From: Centroscyllium fabricii
Taxonomy: Eukaryota
Reading direction: 5' to 3'
DNA length: 64,000 nucleotides
Assembly: GCA_051313645.2 (NCBI GenBank)
Contig: JBNRSN020000354.1
Span: 310,001 to 374,000 of the forward strand
How positions within the stretch are numbered: position 1 is the stretch's first letter; every line of letters begins with the position of its first letter. Of the stretch, positions 1-9,640 are shown piece by piece. The notes under the pieces are model-generated. The model worked only from the letters and a program-made list of their open reading frames with translations, did no database searches and was not told the DNA's origin. Made by a program: the position numbers and the translations under genes.

Positions 1-664
1 TTTCATCTGTCAAACATTTTTGACAGATGAATTGTCACCATTTGACAGCTTTGAGAAGCTGTCAAACACTGACATTCTCGGTTGTTTGGTGAGTTCTTGT
101 ACTCGAGGCGCACCAAACCTATTTCCAGAGCAGAAATCAGATGGCAGTTGCATCGGATAATGTAGCAGCCATTCTGTCATCTCTGCTGTGGAGATGAGGA
201 TCTTTCTGATCCCCAACGATTGAAGCCTGCAGGAAGAAACAAAGGTAAGGAAACTTTTTCTAAGACTTTTCACTCACCTCACATACTTACCTCTCCACAC
301 TTGCACCCATCTCTTACTTCCACAGCGCACTCTTGGACCCCTCCGGCCTCCGCGGACCCACTGCTCGGCTCGGTGACCCCCGTGGGGTTTTCTGACGTCG
401 GGAAGCCCGCGCCTCTGCTGAAAAATGGGGATAATCCTCCTAACCGCCTGTTAACAGGAAGTTAAGTGGCTGTAATCCCCTTCCCGCCTCCAGGAGACGG
501 GAGTTGGCGCAGGTTGTCTACCCGCCTCCCGGGAAGATGGCACGGAGGCGGGTTGGGGGCGGGCCGGGTACCCGCCCCCAGATTCTGCTATTTTCCTGCC
601 AGTCCCGCCTCCAAATCCATCTCCCAGGGCTGGCAAAATCAGTCCCCTGGTTTCCACTGGCAGG

Positions 665-1263
665 AGCGTCGGTAACCAGAGGACACAGATTTAAGATAAT
701 TGGCAAAAGAACCAAAGGGGAGACAAAGAAAACATTTTGTATGTAGGGAGTTGTTGTGATCTGGAATGCACTGTCTGACAGGTCGGTGGAATCAGATTCA
801 ATAGTAACTTTCAAAAGGGAATTGGATACATACTGGAAAAGGAAAAATTTGCAGGGCTACAGGTTAATCCGGTAACTCCAGTCATCTGGAACGAATCCAG
901 CCGACTGGTCTGCACATGCGCAAAATGGCCGCGTTTGATGCTTCAGCGCGCGCATGCGCAGACCATTCAAAATGGCCGCCGGCCTTCGCGGTGGCCATTT
1001 TGAATGGTCCCGAACGATTGATGCTTCGGCGAACGCATGTGCAGACCATTCAAAATGGCCGCCGGCCTTCGCATGCGCTCGCCGAAGCTTCAATCGTTCG
1101 GAGTTTTCACTTGTCCGGCACCGGCCTGGTCCCAAGGGTGTCGGATTAACGGTGCTCAACCTGCATAGGGAAAGGACATGGGAGTGGGACTAATTGGATA
1201 ACTCTACCAAAAAGCCATGAGCACGATGGGCCAATTGGCCTCCTTCTGTGCTGTATGATTCTA
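665..1263 (+). mobile_element. CR1-type LINE 3' fragment, interrupted by a MITE
   Basis: Encodes a decayed TRGHRFKI-type CR1 ORF2 end and the ...GGCCTCCTTCTGTGCTGTATGATTCTA tail shared with other CR1 copies in the window. Split at 860-1163. Confidence 0.75.
860..1163. mobile_element. Tc1/mariner(pogo)-type MITE with internal palindromes
   Basis: TA|CAGGTT...AACCTG ends. Internal repeats GCGCATGCGC and CAAAATGGCCGCC/GGCCATTTTG. Same family as 8531-8710, 18596-18979 and 26973-27045. Confidence 0.7.
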
Positions 1264-1505
1264 AGTTGGTAATTTGTGCAGTTCAATTTTATTTCTGAAA
1301 TCTCCATTGCCAAAGGAAATAAATAAAATCGGGTTGCACAAACTCAACTAACTTTCTTTCTTTTAACACTGGAGAGTGAGGCAGCCTGTAAATTGCGAAA
1401 GGTTTCAATCAGGTAAAGCAGCTTCTGAAACTGGGAAATATTGGCAGGCCAGCCCAGGTAAACGGTGCAAACTCCAGAAACAGAGTATCATGGAATCATA
1501 GGGTT

Positions 1506-2293
1506 CCGGTTCCGGCTGGAGCGGCCCCCTCGAGGCGAAGTTAATTTGCTCGAATCGGCCGCCATCCGCCATCAGCAGTGCCGGGAGAGAGCCCGGTAAG
1601 GCGCCAAGATGCGGGGCGCCGATCGGCCGACGGGAGTGAGAGCGGGGAGCTTGGAGGACTCGGGGAGATCCGGGATGGCGCCGGGCTGAGTGCTAGGCCC
1701 CAGGTTTCGGGGGAGCCGGAGAGTGCTGGCTAGGCCCCAGGCCCCAGGTTCGGAGCTCGGGGGAGCCGCAGGGTGCTGGCTCGGCCCCGGGCCCCAGGCC
1801 TCAGGTTCGGTGCTCGGGGGAGCCGGAGGGTGCTGGCTAGGCCCCAGGCCCCAGGTTCGGAGCTCGGGGGAGCCGGAGGGTGCTGGCTAGGCCCCAGGCC
1901 TCAGGACCGGAGTTTGGAGCTCGGGAGAGCCGGGATGGCGCCTGGACGAGAGCCAGGCCCCAGGACGCTGTTCCTGAAGTTCGGAGATCCGTGGATTCGG
2001 GGGAGCCGGCATGGTGTCGGGCCGTAAGGAGTCAAGTCAAGAGTAACATCAGAAGGAACAGCGGCAGAGCAAGTTAACAGAGCGGTAGAGGGAAATTAAC
2101 ATCGTACTGAGAGGCCGGAGCAGGAACGGGACCCACGATGATGGCGCCGGAAAATGGCTGACGTCTTGCGGGCTCGTGCGTGCCGGGCAGCTTAATGTCC
2201 AAGTTGCGCGGTTGTTGCGCGGTGCGTTCGGATACCAGTAAGCATTTCACTGTCTAGATTGTATTTAGTACATGTGACAATAAACTTGAACTT
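1506..2293 (+). mobile_element. GC-rich non-autonomous retroelement with LINE-type tail
   Basis: Ends in GCATTTCACTGTC...CATGTGACAATAAACTTGAACTT. The tail is homologous to 13460-13548. It interrupts a CR1 tail and has no credible ORF. Confidence 0.55.
1690..1925. repeat. ~50-bp GC-rich tandem repeat (about 4 copies)
   Basis: Repeated GTGCTGGCTAGGCCCCAGGCCCCAGGTTCGGAGCTCGGGGGAGCCGGAGG unit. Confidence 0.8.
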
Positions 2294-2852
2294 GGTTAAA
2301 GCACAGAAGGAGGCCATTTGGTCTGTCGCGACCTTATCAGGTAGATAAGGTGGTTAAAAAGGCATATGGGATACTTGCCTTCATTAGCCGAGGCATAGAA
2401 TATAAGAGCAGGGATGTTATGATGGAGCTGTACAAAACGCTGGTAAGGCCACAGCTGGAATATTGTGTGCAGTTCTGGTCGCCACACTATAGGAAGGATG
2501 TGATTGCTTTGGAGAGGGTGCAGAGGAGATTCACTAGGATGTTACCTGGGCTGGAGCGCTTCAGCTATGAAGAAAGACTGGACAGGCTGGGGTTGTTTTC
2601 CTTGGAGCAGAGAAGGCTGAGGGGGGACCTGATTGAGGTGTACAAAATTATGAGGGGCATAGATAGGGTAGATAGAAAGGAACTTTTTCCCTTAGTAGAG
2701 GGGTCAATAACCAGGGGGTATAGTTTCAAGATAAGGGGCAGGAGGTTTAGAGGGGATTTGAGGAGGAACTTTTTCACCCAGAGGGTGGTTGGAATCTGGA
2801 ACTCACTGCCTGAAAGGGTGGTAGAGGCAGGAACCCTCACAACATTCAATAA

Positions 2853-3054
2853 ATGCAAAAAGTCACACAACACCAGGTTTAAAGTCCAACGTTTTATTTT
2901 AAATCACAAGCTTTCGGAGCTTTTGCCCCTTCGTCAGGTGAAAGAGAAACTAAAGTCAAAGATCACACACATGGGGGAGGGGAGAAATTTGATCCCATAC
3001 ATCCAACCCTAGAGCACACAAGCATATTAGCATACCTTAACACCTCAGTCTGCG
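2853..3054 (-). mobile_element. Short Penelope-like (PLE) terminal-repeat insertion
   Basis: Flanked by the 12-bp duplication AACATTCAATAA (2841-2852, 3055-3066). Carries the same hammerhead-containing terminal repeat as the copies at 14531-17707. Confidence 0.75.
2904..2941 (-). ncRNA. Minimal type I hammerhead ribozyme motif
   Basis: Minus strand reads UCAC-CUGACGA-A-GGGGC-aaaa-GCUCC-GAA-AGCU-U-GUGA: CUGANGA and GAAA cores, stem II, stem I UCAC/GUGA and palindromic AGCU stem III. Confidence 0.75.
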
Positions 3055-3218
3055 AACATTCAATAAGCATTTGGATGAGCACTTGAAACGCCATAGCATA
3101 CAAGGCTAGGGACCAAATGCAGGAGAATGGGATTAGAATAGACAGGGCTTGATGGCTGGTGCAGACACGATGGGCCGAAGGGCCTCTTTCTGTGCTGTAT
3201 AACTCTATGACTCTTTGA

Positions 3219-3889
3219 CTCTGCAAGAGCACCTCAGCTAGTACCACTCCCCTGCCCTTTAAATATTTTTCCTTCAGGTACTTATCCAGTTCCCTTTTGA
3301 AAGCTGTGATTGAATCTGCCTCCACCACCCTCTCAGGCCGTGTATTCCAGATCATAACCACTCGCTGAGTAAAAAAGTTTTTCTTATGTCGCCTTTGGTT
3401 CTTTTGCCAATCACCTTCAATCTGTGTCCTCTGGTTCTTGACCCTTTTGCCAATGGGAACAGTTTCTCTATCTACTCTGTCCAGACCCCTCATGATTTTG
3501 AACACCTCTCTCAAATCTCCTCTCAATCTTCTCTGCTCCAAGGAGAACAACCCCAGCTTCTTCAGTCTATCTGAATTCCCTCATTCCTGGAATCATTCTC
3601 ATAAATCTTTTCTGCACCCTCTCTAAGGCCTTCACATCCTTCCTAAAGTGTATTACCCAAAATTGAACACAATACTCCAGTCGAGGCTGAACCAGTGTTT
3701 TATGAAGGTTCATCATAACTTCCTTGCTTTTGTTCTCTCTGCCTCTATTCATGAAGCCCAGGATCCCGTAAGCTTTTTTAACCGCTTTCTCAACCTGCCC
3801 TGCCACCTTCAACGATTTGTGCGCATATACCCCCAGGTCTCCCTGTTCCTGCACCCACTTTAGGATCGTACCTTTTAGTTTATATTGCC
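3219..3889 (-). mobile_element. CR1 LINE fragment (continues at 8418-8530), host of the Gypsy insertion
   Basis: Minus-strand ORFs 2963-3550 and 3567-3854 give CR1 ORF2 motifs (LEYCVQFW, RRLRGDL, FFTQRVV). The sequence resumes after the Gypsy TSD. Confidence 0.88.
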
Positions 3890-4108
3890 TGTGATAATAC
3901 AGAACAGCTTCTATCTGCTTACATCACTTCCGGGGACCTATGAACTTTTGTATGATGTCACTTCCTGTAACTAGCCCAGTATAAATACTGGGCTACTCAC
4001 TATGATTTAGTAAGAGGCATAGTGAAGACCTCTTTTGTATGTAGCACCTTTATAAGTTGATTAAAGCTTACCTTAAGTTCCTATCGTGTAAGTTTCATTC
4101 TTACAACA
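3890..4108 (+). repeat. 5' LTR of Gypsy element 1
   Basis: TGTGATAATAC...TTACAACA. Contains ETS-like ACTTCC motifs, TATAAA inside the hairpin TAGCCCAGTAT/ATACTGGGCTA, and ATTAAA. Confidence 0.95.
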
Positions 4109-4191
4109 ATTTAATCAACTTTGCAAAACCTCTCACTCAACTCGAACTTTTGGACAAAACTCGGAGCTGAGGATCCAGGGAAGCCACCAGC

Positions 4192-7100
4192 ATGGAGAAC
4201 CTCCTTAGACCGACTCGTCTCGATTTGGACCCAAACACCTCAGCAGCTGATAAAGTCTGGAAACACTGGTATCACGCTTTTGAAAATTTTCTTGTATATT
4301 GTGAAGCTGATGATGACATGAAGCTCAAGTTACTAATCAACTATGTCACCCCAAGGGTATATGAATGTGTGGATCATTGGACTAATTTTGATGAGGCAAT
4401 TCGGACACTTCAGAGACTATATACTAAGACACCTAATGAGGTCTATGCTAGACATCTACTAGCTACAGCCCGACAAGGGCCAGAGGTATCAATTGATAAA
4501 TTCCTTCATGAGCTTCGCAGGCTTAGCATGAATTGTAACTTTCAGGCGGCTTCAGCTGAGCTGTACCGTGAAGAAATGATTCGTGATGCCTTCATCTGCG
4601 GGCTTGCCTCCCCATTTATTCGCCAGCGTCTACTCGAAAGTAAGACACTGGAACTACAAAAAGCTTATGACTTGGCTTGTTCTCTGGATTTGGCAAAAAG
4701 AAATGCAGACCTTTATGAAGTACCTAGACCTCGAACTGCTGCTTTAACCACAACCAGACAATTTAAGCGGCCACAGGTGAACTCTATTAGGGAGGACTGT
4801 TATCCTGATGATCAATCTGAGGACTTCACTGATGAAGAAGATAATGACCCCACTCTGGCAGCCTCTTGGCGATCTAAGAAATGCTTCTTTTGTGGTGATG
4901 AGTTTCATCCTAGGAAATTCTGCCCTGCTCGCAATGCGATTTGCAGTCATTGTGACAAAAAGGGTCATTTTGCGAAGGTTTGCTTATCACGAGCCTCTAC
5001 GAGGGCTTATCAAGCTCAGTCCTATCGAACTGCCCCAATTAGGGCCTATCAAAATATTCCGGCTAAATCTTATCATGCTTCCTCTCGGGGTTTTTCCCGA
5101 AGAAGCACACCGAGAGTTTCTGCCACTCTTTGTGCAACAACATCAATTACAGCTGCTTGTCCTCCAAATCTATTCTATGCTGCTGTGAAGGCATCAATTG
5201 CTGGACATACTTTAGATGCCTTAATTGACTCTGGCAGCTCTGATAGTTTTATTAGGGAACAAGTTGTTACAAAGTTAAAGCTACATGTTTTCCCATCCAA
5301 CCAGGCAATTGCGATGGCTCAGTCGTCGCTCAACACCAGAACCTCCGGCTTTTGTATTGTTGAAATATCACTTAATGGCCACAGGTATCCCTCTACCCGG
5401 CTTTCGGTGCTCAAGGACCTGTGTAGTGACCTTCTCTTAGGGCTGGACTTCCAAAAGCCGCATAAGACGCTCACTATTGAGTTCGGCGGATCCAAACCCG
5501 GACTCACTGTTTCTAATATCCTGCCTCAATTACCGTTCTGTGCGTTGTCAGCGGCTTCGCTGGATGAACCCTCACTATTTACCAGTATTCCTCCTCGATG
5601 CAAGCCAATTATAACAAAATCACGACGTTTCACTCAGGAAGACCAGTCCTTTATTGCGACTGAAATTTCTCGGCTTTTGGCAGAGGATATCATCGAGCCT
5701 TGTTCATCGCCATGGCGGGCCCAAGTTGTTATTGTTAAAAATCCTCTGCAGCCTCACAAGAAACGGCTGTGCATTGACTATTCACAGACCATCAATCAAT
5801 ATACGGACTTGGACGCCTACCCATTGCCGCGCATAGATGATATGGTTAATAAATTGGCTGAGTACACGGTGTTCTCAACATATGATCTGAAAAGCGCCTA
5901 TCATCAAGTACCTTTGAAAGTCTCAGACAAGCAGTATACGGCCTTTGAGGCCAATGGACGGCTGTACCAGTTCCGTCGCCTCCCGTTTGGGGTCACTAAT
6001 GGAGTGGCTGTCTTCCAGCGGGCAATGGATGACTTCGTCAAGCAGGAAAACTTAAAGGATACTTTTCCTTATCTAGATAATATTACTGTTGCAGGTCGTG
6101 ATCAACAGGAACACGACGCCAATCTCCAACGATTTCAGGATGCACTCCAGCACCGTAATTTAACATTGAATGCGTCTAAATCTATTGAGTCACAACCAAC
6201 CATCAACATCCTTGGCTATTGTGTGGGCAATGGCATAATTAAACCGGACCCTGAAAGGCTTCGTCCGCTCCAAGAGCTCCCGCCACCTAAGAATCCAGCC
6301 TCCTTGCGTCGGGCCCTCGGCCTCTTTGCGTATTATGCTAAATGGATTCCAAACTTCTCGGACAGAATCCAACCCCTACTGAAGGCCGGAACATTTCCAT
6401 TAGACACAGCGGCTGTTACAGCCTTTAATCTTCTAAAACAACTGTTGGAGAAAGCGGCCCTTCACTCTATTGATGAGAATCTGCCCTTCGTCGTTGAATG
6501 TGATGCCTCAGAAGTGGCGATCTCGGCTACTCTGAATCAGGAAGGTCGTCCGGTGGCATTTTTATCCAGGACCTTTCAAGGTGCCGAAATACATTATCCT
6601 CCAGTGGAGAAAGAAGCTACAGCCATTATCGAGGCAGTACGGAAATGGAACCATTTCCTAGCTCGGCAACACTTTACGTTAATAACAGACCAGCGATCGG
6701 TCGCTTTTATGCTTGATAATCGGAAACGAACCAAAATTAAAAATAATAAGATCCAGCTTTGGCGGATGGAGTTGGCCTCTTTCGGTTACACCATCCACTA
6801 CCGACCTGGCAAGGACAATGTGGCCCCGGATACCCTCACACGAGCATTCTGCTCCGCCGTGTCACCCTCTACTCTCGTGGACGTCCATGATGGATTGTGT
6901 CATCCTGGCGTTACCCGCATGTTACACTTCGTGCGATCACGGAATCTCCCTTTTTCTACCGGGGATGTCAAGAAGATGTGCTCGGACTGCAGAGTCTGTG
7001 CAGAATTAAAGCCTCAGTTTTTCCGCCCCTCGGGTGGTACGCTCATACATGCGACCCAGCCGATGCAACGGCTTAGCATTGATTTTAAGGGCCCGTTGCC

Positions 7101-8175
7101 CTCTTCAACTCGAAACACTTATTTACTGACCATGGTCGACGAATATTCCCGTTTTCCGTTTGCCTTTCCCTGCCCCAATATGCTGTCATCCACCGTTATC
7201 AGCTGCCTTGAACAGGTATTTTCTTTCTGTGGCATGCCGTCTTACGTTCACTCGGATCGGGGTCCTTCCTTCATGTCAGGAGAACTCAAGGCTTATCTCT
7301 CGGATCGGGGCGTTGCTACCAGTAAAACGACGCCTTATCATCCTGTCGGGAATGGGCAAATCGAACGGTATAATGGCATCATTTGGAATTCTGTACGTCT
7401 AGCTTTGAAATCTCGGGGCTTGCCCATCCAGCAATGGGAAGCAGTACTCCCAGACGCATTGCATTCTACACGGTCCCTTCTTTCGACCGCCACAAATATG
7501 ACTCCCCATGAACGATTCTTTCAATTCCAGCGTCGCTCATCCTCCGGGATCTCTCTTCCATCGTGGCTGACTACACCAGGACCGGTGTTACTCCGGAGAC
7601 ATGTCCGGGCATCCAAGAATGACCCCCTTGTAGATGAGGTGGAACTGACTGATATCAACCCGACCTATGCATATATCCGATATCCTGACGGTCGGGAATC
7701 CACTGTGTCGTTACGGGATCTGGCTCCCTGCCCGCCGAAACTTACTGGGACACCTGGGGATGGTGATTTGCCAGGCGCATCTCTGTGCTCGCCAGGTACC
7801 CCTCACCAGGATCTGGATCTGACGCCGGCTGGCACTTCACTCCAGGATACAAACCGGAGGCAGACCGACTATGAGCCCATTGGGGCTCGCACACGCAGCC
7901 ACGATCCACCACGTTCTACACGCCCAGAAACGAATCTACCACAGACCTACTCAACACCCGTTCGGGCTCAAACGCAAAGCCATGCTCTCCCAGACCCTTC
8001 ACAGGGCGGGCCAGACCACACGGATTCTGATCAATGGCCCACGGCACGTAAACGGGCTAGAGACCCTCTATCACCATGTGAACCCAAACGGGTGCGACTC
8101 TCCCTCATTCGACGGATACGTAATGAAGGGAGGATTCCGGCCTCCTACTCTTTTGGGAGGGAGGCGGCCTCCTAA
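4192..8175 (+). CDS. Gag-Pol polyprotein (Gag with two zinc knuckles, protease, RT, RNase H, integrase), 1327 aa
   Basis: CFFCGDEFH...C and CSHCDKKGHFAKVC knuckles, LIDSGS protease, RT (DLKSAYHQ, LPFG, YLDN), RNase H (CDAS, EKE, TDQ) and integrase (HHCC, IDF, HSDRG, IER), in Gypsy order. Confidence 0.96.
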   Translation: MENLLRPTRLDLDPNTSAADKVWKHWYHAFENFLVYCEADDDMKLKLLINYVTPRVYECVDHWTNFDEAIRTLQRLYTKTPNEVYARHLLATARQGPEVSIDKFLHELRRLSMNCNFQAASAELYREEMIRDAFICGLASPFIRQRLLESKTLELQKAYDLACSLDLAKRNADLYEVPRPRTAALTTTRQFKRPQVNSIREDCYPDDQSEDFTDEEDNDPTLAASWRSKKCFFCGDEFHPRKFCPARNAICSHCDKKGHFAKVCLSRASTRAYQAQSYRTAPIRAYQNIPAKSYHASSRGFSRRSTPRVSATLCATTSITAACPPNLFYAAVKASIAGHTLDALIDSGSSDSFIREQVVTKLKLHVFPSNQAIAMAQSSLNTRTSGFCIVEISLNGHRYPSTRLSVLKDLCSDLLLGLDFQKPHKTLTIEFGGSKPGLTVSNILPQLPFCALSAASLDEPSLFTSIPPRCKPIITKSRRFTQEDQSFIATEISRLLAEDIIEPCSSPWRAQVVIVKNPLQPHKKRLCIDYSQTINQYTDLDAYPLPRIDDMVNKLAEYTVFSTYDLKSAYHQVPLKVSDKQYTAFEANGRLYQFRRLPFGVTNGVAVFQRAMDDFVKQENLKDTFPYLDNITVAGRDQQEHDANLQRFQDALQHRNLTLNASKSIESQPTINILGYCVGNGIIKPDPERLRPLQELPPPKNPASLRRALGLFAYYAKWIPNFSDRIQPLLKAGTFPLDTAAVTAFNLLKQLLEKAALHSIDENLPFVVECDASEVAISATLNQEGRPVAFLSRTFQGAEIHYPPVEKEATAIIEAVRKWNHFLARQHFTLITDQRSVAFMLDNRKRTKIKNNKIQLWRMELASFGYTIHYRPGKDNVAPDTLTRAFCSAVSPSTLVDVHDGLCHPGVTRMLHFVRSRNLPFSTGDVKKMCSDCRVCAELKPQFFRPSGGTLIHATQPMQRLSIDFKGPLPSSTRNTYLLTMVDEYSRFPFAFPCPNMLSSTVISCLEQVFSFCGMPSYVHSDRGPSFMSGELKAYLSDRGVATSKTTPYHPVGNGQIERYNGIIWNSVRLALKSRGLPIQQWEAVLPDALHSTRSLLSTATNMTPHERFFQFQRRSSSGISLPSWLTTPGPVLLRRHVRASKNDPLVDEVELTDINPTYAYIRYPDGRESTVSLRDLAPCPPKLTGTPGDGDLPGASLCSPGTPHQDLDLTPAGTSLQDTNRRQTDYEPIGARTRSHDPPRSTRPETNLPQTYSTPVRAQTQSHALPDPSQGGPDHTDSDQWPTARKRARDPLSPCEPKRVRLSLIRRIRNEGRIPASYSFGREAAS

Positions 8176-8193
8176 TCTTTTGGGAGGGAAGAA

Positions 8194-8412
8194 TGTGATA
8201 ATACAGAACAGCTTCTATCTGCTTACATCACTTCCGGGGACCTATGAACTTTTGTATGATGTCACTTCCTGTAACTAGCCCAGTATAAATACTGGGCTAC
8301 TCACTATGATTTAGTAAGAGGCATAGTGAAGACCTCTTTTGTATGTAGCACCTTTATAAGTTGATTAAAGCTTACCTTAAGTTCCTATCGTGTAAGTTTC
8401 ATTCTTACAACA
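8194..8412 (+). repeat. 3' LTR of Gypsy element 1
   Basis: Identical by eye to 3890-4108. Confidence 0.95.
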
Positions 8413-8530
8413 TTGCCTCTCCTCATTCTTTCTACCAAATGTATCACTTTGCATTTTTCTGCATAAAATTTCATCTGCCACGTGTCCGCCCTTTGCACCA
8501 GCCTGTCTATGTCCTTTTGAAGTCTATCAC

Positions 8531-8710
8531 TTTCGGGCCTTACCGAACGATAAGCGCATGCGCAGACCACTCAAAATGGCCACCAGCCTTTCGCGGCGGC
8601 CATTTTCAATGGTCTGCGCATGCGCTCGCCAAAGCTTCAATCATTCGGGATTTTCACTTTCCTGGCACGGGCCTGGTCCCGCCTGTGCCGGATTAACAGT
8701 GCTCAACCTA
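8531..8710. mobile_element. Partial copy (right end) of the NRF1/YY1-motif MITE
   Basis: GCGCATGCGCAGACCA...AAAATGGCC palindromes and the CCGGATTAACAGTGCTCAACCT end match 860-1163. Confidence 0.65.
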
Positions 8711-8841
8711 TGCTATGATCACTGTTCCCTAAATGTTCACCTACTGACACTTGACCCGCCTCATTCCCCAGAACCAGATCCAGCAATGCCTCCTTCCTTG
8801 TTGGGCCGGAAACATACTGATCAAGAAAGTTCTCCTGAAGT

Positions 8842-9242
8842 GGGCGGCACGGTGGCGCAGTGGTTAGCACTGTTGCTTCACAGCACTAGAGACCCGAGTT
8901 CAAATCCAGCCTCGGGTACTATCTGTGTGGAGTTTGCACATTCTCCCCGTGTCTGCGTGGGTTTCCTCCGGGTGCTCCGGTTTCCTCCCACAGTCCAAAG
9001 ATGTGCGGGTTAGATTGATTGGCCAGGATAAATTGACCCTTAGTGTTAGGGGGATTAAATATGTGGGGTTACGGGGATAGGGTGGGATATGTGTCAGTGC
9101 AGGCTCGATAGGAGATCGAGGGATATGGGGACAAGGCAGGGACAGGGTGCTGGGTTTGGATGATCAGCCATGATCTCATTAAATGGTGGAGCAGGCTCGA
9201 AGGGCCGAATGGCCTACTCCTGCTCCTATCTTCTATGTTTCT
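8842..9242 (+). mobile_element. tRNA-derived V-SINE (HE1-like) with CR1 tail
   Basis: A box TGGCGCAGTGG, B box GTTCAAATCC, V-domain TGTGGAGTTTGCACATTCTCCCCGTGTCTGCGTGGGTTTCC, and a 3' tail shared with CR1 copies (GGCCTACTCCTGCTCCTATCTTCTATGTTTCT). Confidence 0.85.
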
Positions 9243-9640
9243 TGAACACACTTCAGAAATTCTTCCCCCTTCCTGCCCTTTATATTACTATCCCAGTCTA
9301 TATTAGGATAGTTGAAGTCCCCCATTATCACTACTCTATAGTTCTTGCATCTCTCTGCACATTTGCTCCTCCATATTTTCCCACTAGTTGGTAGCCTATA
9401 GAATACACCGAGTAGTATAACGGCACCTCGATTGTTTCTGAACTCTAACCATATAGATTCTGTCCTTGACCCCTCCAGGACATCCTCTCTGTTCAGCACT
9501 GTAACATTCTCCTTGACCAATACTGCCACACCACCTCCTATCTTTCCTTCCCTATCTTTCCTGAACACCCTATATCCAGGAATATTTAATACCCAATCCT
9601 GCCCTTTTTGAACCAGGTCTCCGTCATTGCCATGAGTAGA
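9243..9640 (-). mobile_element. CR1 LINE endonuclease-domain fragment
   Basis: ORF 9233-9646 reads IPGYRVFRKDR..GGGVAVLVK...MGDFNYPNIDW, an APE endonuclease. Further CR1 sequence lies at ~8710-8840. Confidence 0.85.

Larger units (their letters stand above)
2338..3218 (+). mobile_element. 5'-truncated CR1 LINE (ORF2 C-terminus and 3' UTR)
   Basis: ORF 2350-3012 reads LYKTLVRPQLEYCVQFWSPH...RRLRGDLIEVYKI...FFTQRVV..WNSLP, the standard CR1 C-terminus. Interrupted at 2853-3054. Confidence 0.92.
3890..8412 (+). mobile_element. Full-length intact Ty3/Gypsy LTR retrotransposon
   Basis: Two 219-bp TG...CA LTRs that read identical, 5-bp TSD TTGCC (3885-3889, 8413-8417), PPT GGGAGGGAAGAA (8182-8193) and a single uninterrupted gag-pol ORF. 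Confidence 0.97.

Noticed and set aside
10-330. Possible exon (minus-strand acceptor at 227-228, or plus-strand donor AAG|GTAAGG at 244/245)
   Set aside because: The splice-like signals conflict in strand and no frame gives a recognisable protein. The adjacent 340-650 looks like a DNA-transposon remnant.
8842-8915. tRNA gene
   Set aside because: The A/B boxes continue into a V-domain and CR1 tail, so this is a SINE head. The same holds for 11650-11725, and 21550-21637 heads the second SINE family.
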